A DNA stretch of 64,000 nucleotides from Anthoceros angustus. Lineage: Eukaryota; Plantae; Anthocerotophyta. A model generated the notes under the pieces. That model was not told the DNA's origin and ran no database searches. It saw nothing but the letters and a program-made list of their open reading frames with translations. The stretch covers positions 62,001 to 126,000 of the forward strand of contig VJWM01000068.1 in the NCBI GenBank assembly GCA_010909165.1, given 5' to 3'. Positions 12,288-23,829 of the stretch are shown here, in pieces. Every line of letters begins with the position of its first letter. Position 1 is the stretch's first letter. A program made the translations under genes and the position numbers.

Positions 12288-13110
12288 CCAGCACTGCCAT
12301 ACAAAAAGTCCTTCCCCCCAGCTTCAGCATGTGTACATACACGGAGATGGGACAGTAGTGATCAAGGAGATTCCAGCGGCAGCTCAAAAATTGCCACACT
12401 AAATTTTCTACAAACGTAACTCCATCTTGCTTGCAACATGGAGGCAGCTAACAGACATCGTCAAGAGAAGACCTGCCAGGTGTATCTAACAGTCATCTGC
12501 ATTCCGCATCGGCAGTTGGTTCGGTTGCAAATTGTTCTCGTAAGCAGTGTAATGTACATGCCAATTCCCCGTTGGATGGACGTATTTCAAATCCGGAAGG
12601 TTAGAGTTTGATTGCCGTTAACATCTGTCGTCCTGCCAAGCACGCTGCGCCAAGTTTAGGGGACAACCCCATCGTGGACGCACGCTGTGTAGGCAGCAGA
12701 CAACACTGAGGAGAGGCTGATGTTCAATACTGGCCTCTTCGGTACACCCATCTCTTCGAGGAGCATTCGAGGTCCAGCCTTGAAGGTAGAGCTTGCACAT
12801 AAAACACATCTCCCGACTGCCCAGGCCAAAAACATAGTGAGGAAAGGGTAGGCCTAGCAAAATGTGTGGCCTGCCCACAATCTGTTGTAGAGGCAAAGAG
12901 CTCTTTGCCTCCAGAGCTGGCTAGCACCTGGGAGCTCACCAACGCCACTTGGCCCACGGTTTGTCAGGTCCATAGGAGGACCAGGAATTTCCGCCTGCGA
13001 CAACTAGTGGACCCCCAAGTGCAAATGCGTTGAACCTGTTCCCTTGCATGAAACCTGTTCGCCCTGGTTTTCGTATAAATAACCGTCACAAAGCCTCCGC
13101 AACAACGAAC

Positions 13111-16100
13111 CTAAACGAACCATTCTGGATTATTTGATTTCAGCCACGCTGATGTTTCAGTTGTTACTAGGCCCACGGTCCGAGGAGGCTTAAACGAACT
13201 AGGAGAGTGAGCAAATACAGAAAAATCCCTGTTCGTAAAATCCACCTCACTTGTATCCCTGCAGAAACAAACATCAGTATGTGAGTGTGCAAAACAACAA
13301 GAAAAAGTCAGCTATCTGATGCTCACATGAAGCTATATATATACTGTACTACACTTGGACAGGGCCCTGACTCACTACTTCGATCCGTCCGATGAGCATT
13401 CCACAGCCTCATGAGGGCATACCTTGTTCTGGGTACTTGGTTAGACTTTTTGAGGGGACGAAGGCCACTTGGTCGGGCACCAGCTGCAGAGCGCATGTAT
13501 GGGGTAATGGTGGACACAAACCTTTCCATTGACTGGTGTGCTAAACTGGCATAGTGTTCCACATGGGAGACGTCTGTACAAAAGGTCCTCTTAGAACTGT
13601 TGTCACCAAGCAAAGTGCTGCTGAATACAGGAACATGTTTTCCTGTGCAACATTTACACCAACAATTTCCTGTGTTTCAGTTGAGCACATGCTTGGCAAC
13701 CTGGGGCAGTCAGTGTGGGTTCGGAAGCCCTACGCTACGAAAGGCCTTGGATTGTATAAATTGAGCTCAGGCGGCATTATTTTAAGAGCAAACTACAGGA
13801 TATTGGCTAGCTACAATATCTTGTGATCATCAGCCACATTGCCACTGAACCTTTTATGAGATGGACCAAAGAAGAGCATTGGTTAAGTAACGTACGTTTA
13901 ATTGCCGCAAGGCCATCCGAGTGCCTCTCACTTCTGCCACCAGTTTTTGGTTCTTGCAGGCTCTCCTGGCATGGACGATAAAAATCAAAGATCGTGTAAG
14001 AAGGACGAAGTACCTCTGAAAGGACAAGGGCATTCACCATGAAAAAGCACCCTGCAACTCTTTCAGATCTCAAAAAAGACCAAGTCTAAGAAGCCGAGCT
14101 TGTAAGAGGTTACACCTTCAAATGCTGGGTCGCGTGCATGGACTCTCCAGTGTCACTTTCCGTAGAGCAATTCACCTCAACCAACTCATCTTTGGTGCCC
14201 ACATCATGGGAAGTACCACGTGAGAAATACGAACTTCTTTTCACTGGGAGGGCCTTGATATCCAGCTTTCGCTCTTTGAAATTGTGTCCTAAATCACTCA
14301 AGCAGGACGACGAAGAGGAGAGGGAAGAGACACCAAGAGGATCCGGGCTCTCTCTCATAGCATCTTCGAAAGCCAGGTCAACCCGCTTCCGCTCTGCAAG
14401 ACATAAGGAGAGACCATGTATCTTGTAAGTTGGGGCTTCATTCTAAACCGTCGAAAGAAATTACCCCTAACTGAGAGAGTCACGGACCGACCTGCTCGGC
14501 TGGAGTCAGTTTGCACGTAGGAATCCTACACATGACAGATGAACTACTGAGGAAACCGCACTTGTCAAGCTTTGCAGGTACCCTTCAACACATCTGGAAA
14601 CCAACTTACAAAAGTGATTTCACCGAGATCCAGGTCATCTTGGAAACTGATGGTTCGAGTTGCAGTTGGGTAATTGTTGAAATCTTCATCGTCATCACTT
14701 GGCAAGGGTGGAAGACTCTTGAACAGGTCATAAAGAGGCAACTGCTTCTTTGCTGTACTTGGAGTTAAGCACATGAACCGTATAACACAAGCAGCATTGT
14801 CTTGACGGCTCACCATGATGCGAATAGCATAACACACAATTATTTGAACAGTAGAATAATGAGGCTGGATACAGAAGTAGTTTGTCATGAGATTTCGTTG
14901 CTGAGGTGCTGTCTTCCCTTTCTGCACCAGCGGGCGACCTTGGTAGGCTTCTTGCTGATTGAATGAGGTTCAGCAACCATCTCAATATCTGGACCTTCGG
15001 CATCCAGCATACACAAATCTTTAACATAAGCAATCTCGAAAATAACACACCTTGAAAGGTTGCCGCGAAACTGGATCAAGTTCACCTCCAGCAATTGACC
15101 TTGCCACTGGAGCTGGAATAAAAGTTCTGAGGAGTCAAAGATTCAAAGGTACTGATGAAGCTGGTGTGCAATACAGAAAAAGGCAGAAATGGCGATATCT
15201 GTTGCAGGATATGGTCCAACGAAATCCAAGTCAAGCTCAACATCCTTGGGCACTTCTTTAAGATGCACAATCTCCTGTTTCTCTGGATCATACACTCTCT
15301 GGTGATTGAAGGTCAAAATCGCTTTTCCGAATTGCTCTTCATATTCTTTTGGAATCAGAACCCCAGTCAGCCGCAGATGGCCGATAACCTGGTAAGGGCA
15401 CAGCAACCTCGCAACCTCAGACCTCAAGTGCATCCTTCAAATTATCTTTAAAATGTCCAATGCACAAGGAAAACATAGAACAGTCTGCACCTTCTTGTAG
15501 CTCTTCATCCTCTTCATCAAAGTGTGGGCACGTTTCACTCCCAACCCGGGCAGGGACGGAAGGTAATCACAACCACTCATAATGCACATCTCTAGGACCA
15601 TCTGTCTTGTAAAGTTAGTGAAATCAAGGTCCTTGTTTCTTGCTAGGTCACAGTACTGAAACTCAACACCGTTGCCATCTCTATCCATCTTGAATAGAAC
15701 CTGTTTTAAAGCAAAAGTTCATGAGGGACTAAGGATATACAGGCCAGCAATCTTGCAACGTGCAAGCAAAACTTACCCGGGGACAGCCATATGCTACCAT
15801 GTCAGAGTCCTCTGTGATGACAAGATCAACATAATTATGAAAGGCTAGAAAAGCCATCTGGGCATCAGCTTCATACGGAGCCACGATGTACTCCACATTG
15901 TTCTGTTGCAAAACCTGTTATTGCGAACACTGGTCAGCACCTGCAAACACTGTGGGGACTACAAACACCTGGAATCAAAACCAACAAACCGTGAGGTTGC
16001 GGGTCCAGGACCTGAAATACCTTAATCAAAGCGAATGCCAGGGCAGGTGTGATGTCCACGGCCTTCTTGTAACATACTTCAGCAGCAGCATGATTCCCTG

Positions 16101-16634
16101 TACGCTCATGCTCCAAGGCTCGTTCCAGGTTTTCCTTTCTGGACCTGCACAATATGTCGGTCCGGTCCTCACGATCAAACATATGGTTGAATTAATTTTT
16201 ACAGAAACAAGCTCGCATTGCAAGTACATCATTATCCAACAACAAGCCATAGGTCACCTGGCGCGCTTTGCTTCTTGATCAGCCTTCATTGGCAGCATAC
16301 CACCATCAAAGACAAGAAGCGGCTCGACTCCATGGTTGCGCAGAAGATTCACTCTGTTCATGCAGTAGCTTACGATTCTGCCAAAAGTCTTGCAGGTGCT
16401 CAGAACCAGCTCACTGAAACAACAGTCCTCATGAACCTACATATACAGCAAATGAACTAGGACCAACACCTACATCTGACTCGGGCGGCCTTCACAAATG
16501 TCCTTGCTGCAGTTGAACGCGCCTTTGTGCATCCAGGAGTAAGTGTCAACTGCCGCTCTCTTTCCAGCATAATCCCTGACGTGCACTGGCGTTGTAATCG
16601 ACTGCAATTTCGGCAGAAGGTTTGGGATTCCCAT
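13111..16634 (-). CDS. EXO1: Exonuclease 1 (XPG/RAD2 family), multi-exon; 3' end approximate
   Basis: [10 protein letters not shown]...[16 protein letters not shown] (XPG-N); [17 protein letters not shown] and [13 protein letters not shown] (XPG-I); [21 protein letters not shown] (H3TH); [10 protein letters not shown]; C-terminal [21 protein letters not shown]...[11 protein letters not shown] as in plant EXO1. Confidence 0.92.
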
Positions 16635-17053
16635 CCTTCCTCTACCTGGTGGCAACCCCCTCCACACTACTACAATTCTCCACAATGCGGACCCCCCGGA
16701 AGCTCATTCCCGCGCACAAGCAGCAGCATTGTGCCAGAGAGCTGAGCCCCGGCACTAATTGAGGAACATAGCACCGATGGCACCTGAGGCTGCCAATCCT
16801 GTCCACTGTACATGCAGAAAACCCCGAACAGTCTGACACGACAGAAATCTTCCTTGGGATCACAAGCAGCAACCTCTCCGGGAGGTCACACGCAGCGAGC
16901 TCTCCAGATCCAGCTCCTCGTCGGTGGGTGTCGCAGCTCGGGAACAGAAATTGCACGTTAGCGCACTCCCTTTACTCTCAGCTTCCAGTTTGAAAAACGG
17001 AAGAAAGCACCGGAAACAGCACACAGTTTGAACAGTGCCCTGTTTTCAAATTG

Positions 17054-17061
17054 CCGCGAAA
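17054..17061 (-). promoter_or_regulatory. E2F-like site (TTTCGCGG) in the divergent EXO1/PPR intergenic region
   Basis: Matches WTTSSCSS upstream of EXO1; short motif. Confidence 0.3.
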
Positions 17062-17557
17062 TCATGACCTGGTTTTGGTCTGTACACTGTCATCAGTGTG
17101 TTCAGGAATCAAAAATGAGGGACTGGCCAACACGATTGGAACACGTCAAGCAGATCAAACCTGATCCATCTGCGAGCGATGTATCCTGCCAGGCACATTA
17201 TCTTGGTAGTGCTCTGAAATTCAGGAACTCGTGAAGATTTGTTGTGCAAAGCAAAGCTTGGCCTGCTGGCTATTTGCAATGTCCTGCCGTTTGTTTAGAC
17301 GACCTGCTGAGAGCCTGAGGACGATTCAAAAATGGGCTGGCCTTCGCAGCTCAGCCGTCTTCCGAGGGACGGGGAGCTTCTGCAAACTTCGTGATGGGTT
17401 TTTTTGTGCTGGAGACTCTGCTTGTCATCCCATACTTCTTTCTCCACAAGGACTATGTGATTCAGCTCTGGGAAGTTGGCTCCTCCGGAAAGCAGGTTAT
17501 GCAGGAAAAGCTCAAGAGCAGAGAGACGACGAGCTGAGCATGCTTGCATTATGATGA

Positions 17558-20476
17558 ATGGAGAAGGCAATGGATGTGCTGCTCCGCATGGACTGCCAAG
17601 GCTATGTGCCCTCCCTGGGGATGTACAAGCATCTGTTGCAGACATGCATCCAGCACAAGTCCCTGACGGATGCCAAGCATGTGCATGCTCATTTGGCGAA
17701 GCATGGGTTAGAGTCGAGCGGGATGTTAGGTGAGGCGGTTGTCAACGCTCTGGTCCAGTGCGGAAGCCTTGTGGATGGGCTCCAGGTCTTTCAACGTTTG
17801 GTGCGGCCATCTGTGTTTGTCTGGACAGCCCTTATCTCAGGGTATGTGAAGGCTAGCCGATGTCGTGAGGCTTTGATGGTGTACCAGAAGATGCGAGAGC
17901 AGGGTGTGCATCCGAACACGTACACCTTTGTCATCTTGCTCAAAGCGTGTGGCACCTTGGCAGACTTGAAAGAGGGCAAGCGGATTCATGCGGACATTGT
18001 GAAACTCGGGTCCGAGTCTGATGTGTTTGTGGGAACGACTCTGGTAGACATGTACTCCAAATGTAACAGCGTTCAGGATGCACGAGATGTGTTTGACGGG
18101 TTGTCCGAGCGCAACGTGGTGTCATGGAATGCAATGCTTGCAGCATATGCTCGTCTTGACCAAGGGGAGGATGCTCTACAGCTTTACAGTCAAATGCAGT
18201 TGGCAGGTGTCACTCCTGATGATCGGACATTTGTCAGCATGATTCAAGCGTGTGGGAGCTTTGCCGAAAAGGAGGAGAGATCTCTGGTGGATGGCGTGCC
18301 TGTGAAGGTAAAATCTCTGTATAAAGGGAAGTCACTACATGCTGAAGCTGCTCTAAGGGGTTATGAATCTGATGTCTTCGTCGGAAGTGCTCTGGTGAGC
18401 TTGTATGCAAAGTGCGGCAGCATCGCAGAGGCACAACATGTCTTTGATGGCTTGCCACAGCGAAATGTGGTGCTATGGAGTGCTATGCTTGCAGCGTACG
18501 CACAGCAAGACCAAGGAGAGAAATGTCTGCAGCTTTACAGCCAAATGCAAGAGGTAGGTCTCAGTCCAGATGCTCGGACCTTTGTCAGCTTGCTTCAAGC
18601 ATGTGGTAGCCTTGCAGATAACGAAGAAGAGAGTCTGATTGGTGGGTTTTCCATTAAATTGCGTTCATTGCAAAAGGGAAAGGCAGTGCATGCTGAAGCA
18701 GCTCAAAGAGGCTATGACTCAAGTGTGTTTGTTGGCAGCACTCTGGTGAGCATCTATGCGAAGTGCGGGAGCATTACGGATGCACAAGGTGTATTTGAGA
18801 AGCTGTCCGTCCGTAATGTGGTTTCATGGAATGCAATGCTTGCGGCTTATGCTCGGCAAGATCAAGGAGACCAGGCTTTCCAGCTGTACAGCCGAATGCA
18901 AGAGGAACATGCTGCTCCAGATGCTTGGACGTTTGCCAGCCTGCTCCAAGCTTGTGGCAGCCTTGCAGAACAGGGAGAGAGCACTCTTGTGGATGGGGGG
19001 GCAGTCAAGTTGGAGTCGCTCTGGAAAGGGAAGGCCTTACATGCAGAAGCCAGTCGTAGAGGCTTCGAGTCAAATGCATTCATTGCTAGCTCGCTGGTCA
19101 GCATGTATGCCAAGTGTGGCAGCACCGTGGATGCAGGTGATGTGTTTGACAGGTTGCCGCACCAGGATGTTGTCTCATGGACTGCACTGCTCGCAGGTTA
19201 TGTCCAGCAGGATGAAGAAGAAAAGGCCTTGCAGCTGTATAGCAAGATGGAACAGGAAGGTGTCCCTTCAAATAGCAGGACCTTTGTCAGCATGCTCCAA
19301 GCATGTGCGTCTCTTGCAGATAAAGAAGAACCCATCGTGGTAGACGGGCAGCTTCTAAAACCCAAGTCACTTCAAAAGGGAAAGGCACTCCATGCTGAGC
19401 TCCTCTTGAGAGGATACGAGCCGGATGTATTTGTTTCCAACGCCCTCGTCTGCATGTATGCAAAGTGCGGGAGCAGTCTTCATGCACAGCAGGTGTTTGA
19501 CAGACTGCCCCAGGTGGATGTTAGGGCTTGGACTGCAATGCTGGCACAGTATGTCCACCAGGACCAAGCAGAAACAGCTCTGAGTATGTATGCTCAAATG
19601 CAGGAACAAGGCATCCGACCAAATGAAATAACCTTCGTCGTCATGCTACAAGCCTGCGGCAACATAGGAGCTCTCAACAACTGTATTGCAATTCACCAAG
19701 ACATCTTCGAGAGTGGGTTGTTAGACTGCCCTCCTAGCCTGGCTACTGCTCTGATTCACGCATACGGGAAATGCGGAAGCATGTGGCATGCTCAGCAGGT
19801 TTTTAATTCACTTACTCAGCACAATCTGTGGTCGTGCACTGCACTGATGGCAGGATACGCCCGGCAAGGAGACTGTGAGTCAAGTGTGCAACTGTATGAA
19901 GATCTCTGTTTGTCAGGCCTGAAGCCCGACGCTGTCACATTCCTGTCTCTCCTGTCTGCCTGCAACCATGCTGGAATGGTAGACAAGGGATTAGAGTTCT
20001 TCGGCTACATGACTACACACCATGGCATCACTCCAGCGATGGAGCATTATGTGACACTGATTGACCTTGTCAGTCGAGCTGGGTTGTTCAGCAAAGCTGA
20101 GGAGTTGCTCTTGGGAATGCCGATGCAGCCCAACCTGCCTGTGTGGCTATGCCTGCTTGGAGCGTGTAGAAAACACGGCCACATCGAGCTGGGTCGTCGA
20201 GCATTTGATTGGGCTGTGCATCTGCAGCCCCAAGAAGGTGCAGCTTACGTGCTTATGTCCAACATCTACGCCCATGCTGGAATGTGGGTCGATGCAAAGA
20301 AAATAGACGAGGCAAGACGAAAGGCAGGTGCATGGAAGAAACCTGCTCAAAGCAGGATTGAGCATGAGCACGAGGTGCACACCTTCTCAGTTGCAGACTG
20401 CGAACACGAACAAAGTGAGATGCTCTTTCTGCTACTCAGAGAACTGAAGGACCTTTTGCCTAGAGAGGTAACTTAG
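17558..20476 (+). CDS. PLS-class pentatricopeptide repeat protein with E1/E2/E+ end and no DYW domain (organellar RNA-editing factor type), intronless
   Basis: 972-aa ORF of P-L-S triplets (VVSWNAMLAAY / TFVxxLxAC / GSxLVxxYAKCGS), ending WLCLLGACRKHG...AYVLMSNIYA...KKPAQSRIE...VHTFSVAD. Confidence 0.95.
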   Translation: MEKAMDVLLRMDCQGYVPSLGMYKHLLQTCIQHKSLTDAKHVHAHLAKHGLESSGMLGEAVVNALVQCGSLVDGLQVFQRLVRPSVFVWTALISGYVKASRCREALMVYQKMREQGVHPNTYTFVILLKACGTLADLKEGKRIHADIVKLGSESDVFVGTTLVDMYSKCNSVQDARDVFDGLSERNVVSWNAMLAAYARLDQGEDALQLYSQMQLAGVTPDDRTFVSMIQACGSFAEKEERSLVDGVPVKVKSLYKGKSLHAEAALRGYESDVFVGSALVSLYAKCGSIAEAQHVFDGLPQRNVVLWSAMLAAYAQQDQGEKCLQLYSQMQEVGLSPDARTFVSLLQACGSLADNEEESLIGGFSIKLRSLQKGKAVHAEAAQRGYDSSVFVGSTLVSIYAKCGSITDAQGVFEKLSVRNVVSWNAMLAAYARQDQGDQAFQLYSRMQEEHAAPDAWTFASLLQACGSLAEQGESTLVDGGAVKLESLWKGKALHAEASRRGFESNAFIASSLVSMYAKCGSTVDAGDVFDRLPHQDVVSWTALLAGYVQQDEEEKALQLYSKMEQEGVPSNSRTFVSMLQACASLADKEEPIVVDGQLLKPKSLQKGKALHAELLLRGYEPDVFVSNALVCMYAKCGSSLHAQQVFDRLPQVDVRAWTAMLAQYVHQDQAETALSMYAQMQEQGIRPNEITFVVMLQACGNIGALNNCIAIHQDIFESGLLDCPPSLATALIHAYGKCGSMWHAQQVFNSLTQHNLWSCTALMAGYARQGDCESSVQLYEDLCLSGLKPDAVTFLSLLSACNHAGMVDKGLEFFGYMTTHHGITPAMEHYVTLIDLVSRAGLFSKAEELLLGMPMQPNLPVWLCLLGACRKHGHIELGRRAFDWAVHLQPQEGAAYVLMSNIYAHAGMWVDAKKIDEARRKAGAWKKPAQSRIEHEHEVHTFSVADCEHEQSEMLFLLLRELKDLLPREVT

Positions 20477-20777
20477 ACTGGGACACTGGACTTCTAATGT
20501 GAGGATCCCACTGCCCGTTAGCCTGCTCTATCTCCTACTCTGTTGGCCACGACTGCAGCTCAAGTGCCCCTCGGATTGTCTCTTCGCTACACAAGGCTGG
20601 CAGAGCGTGGGTTTTCTCCACAAATTTTCTGCTTTTTGCAGAGCCTGGAGAAATGTCACCGAGACCAGGATGTAAACGGGCAACCTAACCCGTGAGAAGG
20701 CTGAAGCTCCTCATGGGAGGTTGCCTATACAAGGGCCCATCCATATGGTACAGGAGGTTCGGCGGAAAGAAGTGCCC

Positions 20778-21612
20778 CTATTCCTCCATGGCAAGGGAGC
20801 CATCTGCCACATTCTTCGATTTCTTCTTATTCTTTTTCTTCTTGGACGAACCTTTCTCAGCCTTGGGCTTCTTCTCGGCAGCAGATGGTGCGGCAGGAGG
20901 AGGAGGCAGGGTATTCGTAAGGTGCTGCTGGATGGCCGAGAAGGGGTTGGCCTTGAAGCTTGGATGGGACAAAACTGCAGCAAGTTGCTTGGTCTCCCCA
21001 AGGCTGCCAAGAAAACGAAGTCCAGAATTAAATCTGCGTCATTTCCATCCCTAAAGCATAGGAATTTGAGACAGCCAGTGAAGCAACTTACACAATCTCT
21101 CTTCGAGCTTTGCTCCTCAAAACCTTGGCAGTGCGCTTGGCTGGCCTCTCGTCCTTGTCTCCAAACGTTGGGAGAAACTCTGCCAGCGACGACAGGTTGT
21201 TCAAGGTCTTGCCCGAGGTGTCACGGGACCGCTTCCTCTTCTGAAGCACATAGAAAGCACCGCATGTCAATACTGTCCGCTAAGCAACATGCAGCAAGGT
21301 AAGGGCTACACTGAAAACCGCTGTTCTTTCTGGACGCGTACTTTTCCAATTGTCTTCTTAGCAGACAGCAACTGCTGCGTCTTCTGCAGCTCTACACCAA
21401 TCGAACACGAATTAGCTCGGCTCAGCTCAGCGCAGCCGCCATCACTTCGCGGATTGCGCCTAATGCTGTCACTTACTTGCAAGGAAACGCAGCTGCTTCG
21501 CCATCTTCCTCTTCGATCTGGAGTTTCCAGTGGCGCCAGCCGGACCAGCTGCACCAGCCGCGCTGGCACTGGCGCTCTCCACTGCTTCATTTTGCTCCGG
21601 CTGCCAATCCAT
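20778..21612 (-). CDS. SLX9: SLX9/FAM207A-like ribosome biogenesis protein (at least 4 exons; an extra 5' exon is possible)
   Basis: Spliced product reads SKRKMAKQLRFLAK-LQKTQQLLSAKKTIGK-KRKRSR...LNNLSSLAEFLP...KARREIV-LGETKQLAAVLSHPSFKANPFSAIQQHL, resembling the SLX9 family, with a Lys-rich tail. Confidence 0.75.
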
Positions 21613-22186
21613 CTCCTTGCACGCTAGCACCACAGTCTACAGCGCAATGCCGCAGTGAGGCGCGGCCTACGCGATCCGGCCCGCGGCGGACTAGAATCGT
21701 TCCTTCCGCCTTCACAACGCGTTGCCAGGACAGATCCGCCGTGAGGCATCCAGCCGTTGGGGCGGCTGCGGTCCCCTGCAGCGCAAAGGATGACGGGGCA
21801 GGAAAGCAGCAGAAGTGCAGTCGTGAAATGGCTTTATATGCCAGGAGACAGCCGGACAGGGTCCGAGTCCAAGACGTGATCAGCACGCTGGGCTCCACTG
21901 CCAGCAATCATCACCGGCACGCCACCGACCCTCGCCGTCCCGTTTTATCACGCTATCCCGTTCACTGCTCGGCGATATGCGTACATAATATACCACTGTC
22001 CTTCTCTATTTTAAAAGGTTACTCTTATCTTAAAAGGGTGCTCTTACAAAATAGAAATATAACTGCTGCCCGCTTTAAAAGGGTGTTCTTACATATATAG
22101 AAACATAACTGTTGCGCGCTTCATTGTGGTTGTTCGGGTTGTTGCTTCGGCTTGAGATGTTGGTCAGGATCCTGAGGTTGACCCCT

Positions 22187-22195
22187 AAACCCTAA
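22187..22195 (+). promoter_or_regulatory. Telo-box (AAACCCTAA) upstream of the SLX9-like gene
   Basis: CCCTAAACCCTAAA present; telo-boxes are established in plant ribosome-biogenesis and replication gene promoters. Confidence 0.4.
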
Positions 22196-23829
22196 ATTAT
22201 AGGTATTATAAATGTTTTTATATAATAGTAAATCAAAAATAATATTTTGTTATATTTTGGTATTATATTTAGGATTTAGGCTAGCTCGCTTAAGGAAGAT
22301 AAGAAGACACATGTATATATATCTTTTGATGGAAGTGAGACAGAAAATTTAGAAAATTTAGGCATTCCGATGGACTTGCTCTTTGTGCCGAAAAAAAGTG
22401 CGTTTTTGCACCGCCCTCCACAACACCCAATTTGCCAGCTGTCGTCCAATACAGTAAGAGCTTTGCTTATAGGCTTTCCACATCCAAAATAAAAAAGTGA
22501 ATTGCATGGTTCGTAGTTTGCTCCAAAAAGAACTCACGAAGAACATTTTAGGCTTTCGGTTAGGACGCGAAGTATGTCCTAACGGTGCCTTCTATATCCC
22601 AACATGGCCAAGGAAAGGCCCATTACTTTCGGTGTTCAGGCCATGGTTACTTTGGGCTTGCCCAGGATCCATAATCCCTTAAATACCTGTAATTACCAAG
22701 GCCGTTTGGTATTGCCTGCATTACCTTGCTTGTGAGGTGCTACCTTGCTTTCCGCGAAGCTACAAAATGGAATATATATTCTCACCACTGCCAGCACACA
22801 AGAGGCAGCTTATGTGCTGGCAGTGGTGAGAATGCAAGCTGCCTCTTATGTGCTGGCAGTGGTGAGGATACCCAAAGCATAGAAAATACACAATAAGATT
22901 CGGATGATGTATTGGTAGAGAGTGCCACAAAATACACAAAGGTCAAAGGGAAACATGCAAAAAATGCAAACAAAAATTCGAGAACTTGGAGAAATGTCAA
23001 GAGATAAAGGACACCTGCATGCACACAATAACCAAGAATCATATGTCATCAAGGTGTTACATTTTATAGCCGTTCACATGTCAGTGTGTGGTTGACTCCG
23101 GGTTTATTTCTTCATCTTTTCTCCCCTCCATTGATTCATCTTCATTGTCGACGCTTTAACTTTTACTTGTCTTCTCTTTGTTATGATCACTAGGAATGAA
23201 TGACTCGTCCCGGAATTTATTGCGGGTTACGATTTTTAAACCTTAGCTAAGAGGTCATAGTTTTGTAACCTTTTTCAGTTTCTAATATCAATCAGGCGGG
23301 ATTCCACAAAAAATATTTGCAAGTTGAAAAATATATTGTACAAGAAGCGAGGCCCATTCAAGCTCAAACTTTCAAGAAAAAACCTGAGGAAGAGCAGGCT
23401 TGATGAAAATTGGGAAGATGAAAAAGAAAGATATGAGAGGTGGGACATTTTAAGATACATCGCCTTGAACAAAATACCATGTAGCTGGACTCAATTCAAG
23501 GTATTTTGTGATAGCTTAAGAAACTTAAGAATCATTTTCATGACATAGATTCAGTGATAGAGAAGTTGCAAAGGAGAGAAAGCGAAGAAGTCTTGAAGTA
23601 AGACATATTAAGAAGGGCTGAACTTAAACACAATTGCTGTATATTTGTTTCCTTGCTAGTTCAAACAAAAAGAAGTACAATAAATCATAGCCAATATAAG
23701 GAAGCCCATTGATAATGATGTTAGAACAATTAGAGCCAGTACCAAACAAAACTTATCAAATAAATTTGAAAATAAAAACGTAAATTTAGCAAAGAAAGAA
23801 GATGTTAGCAATATTGCAATTAGACCCTT

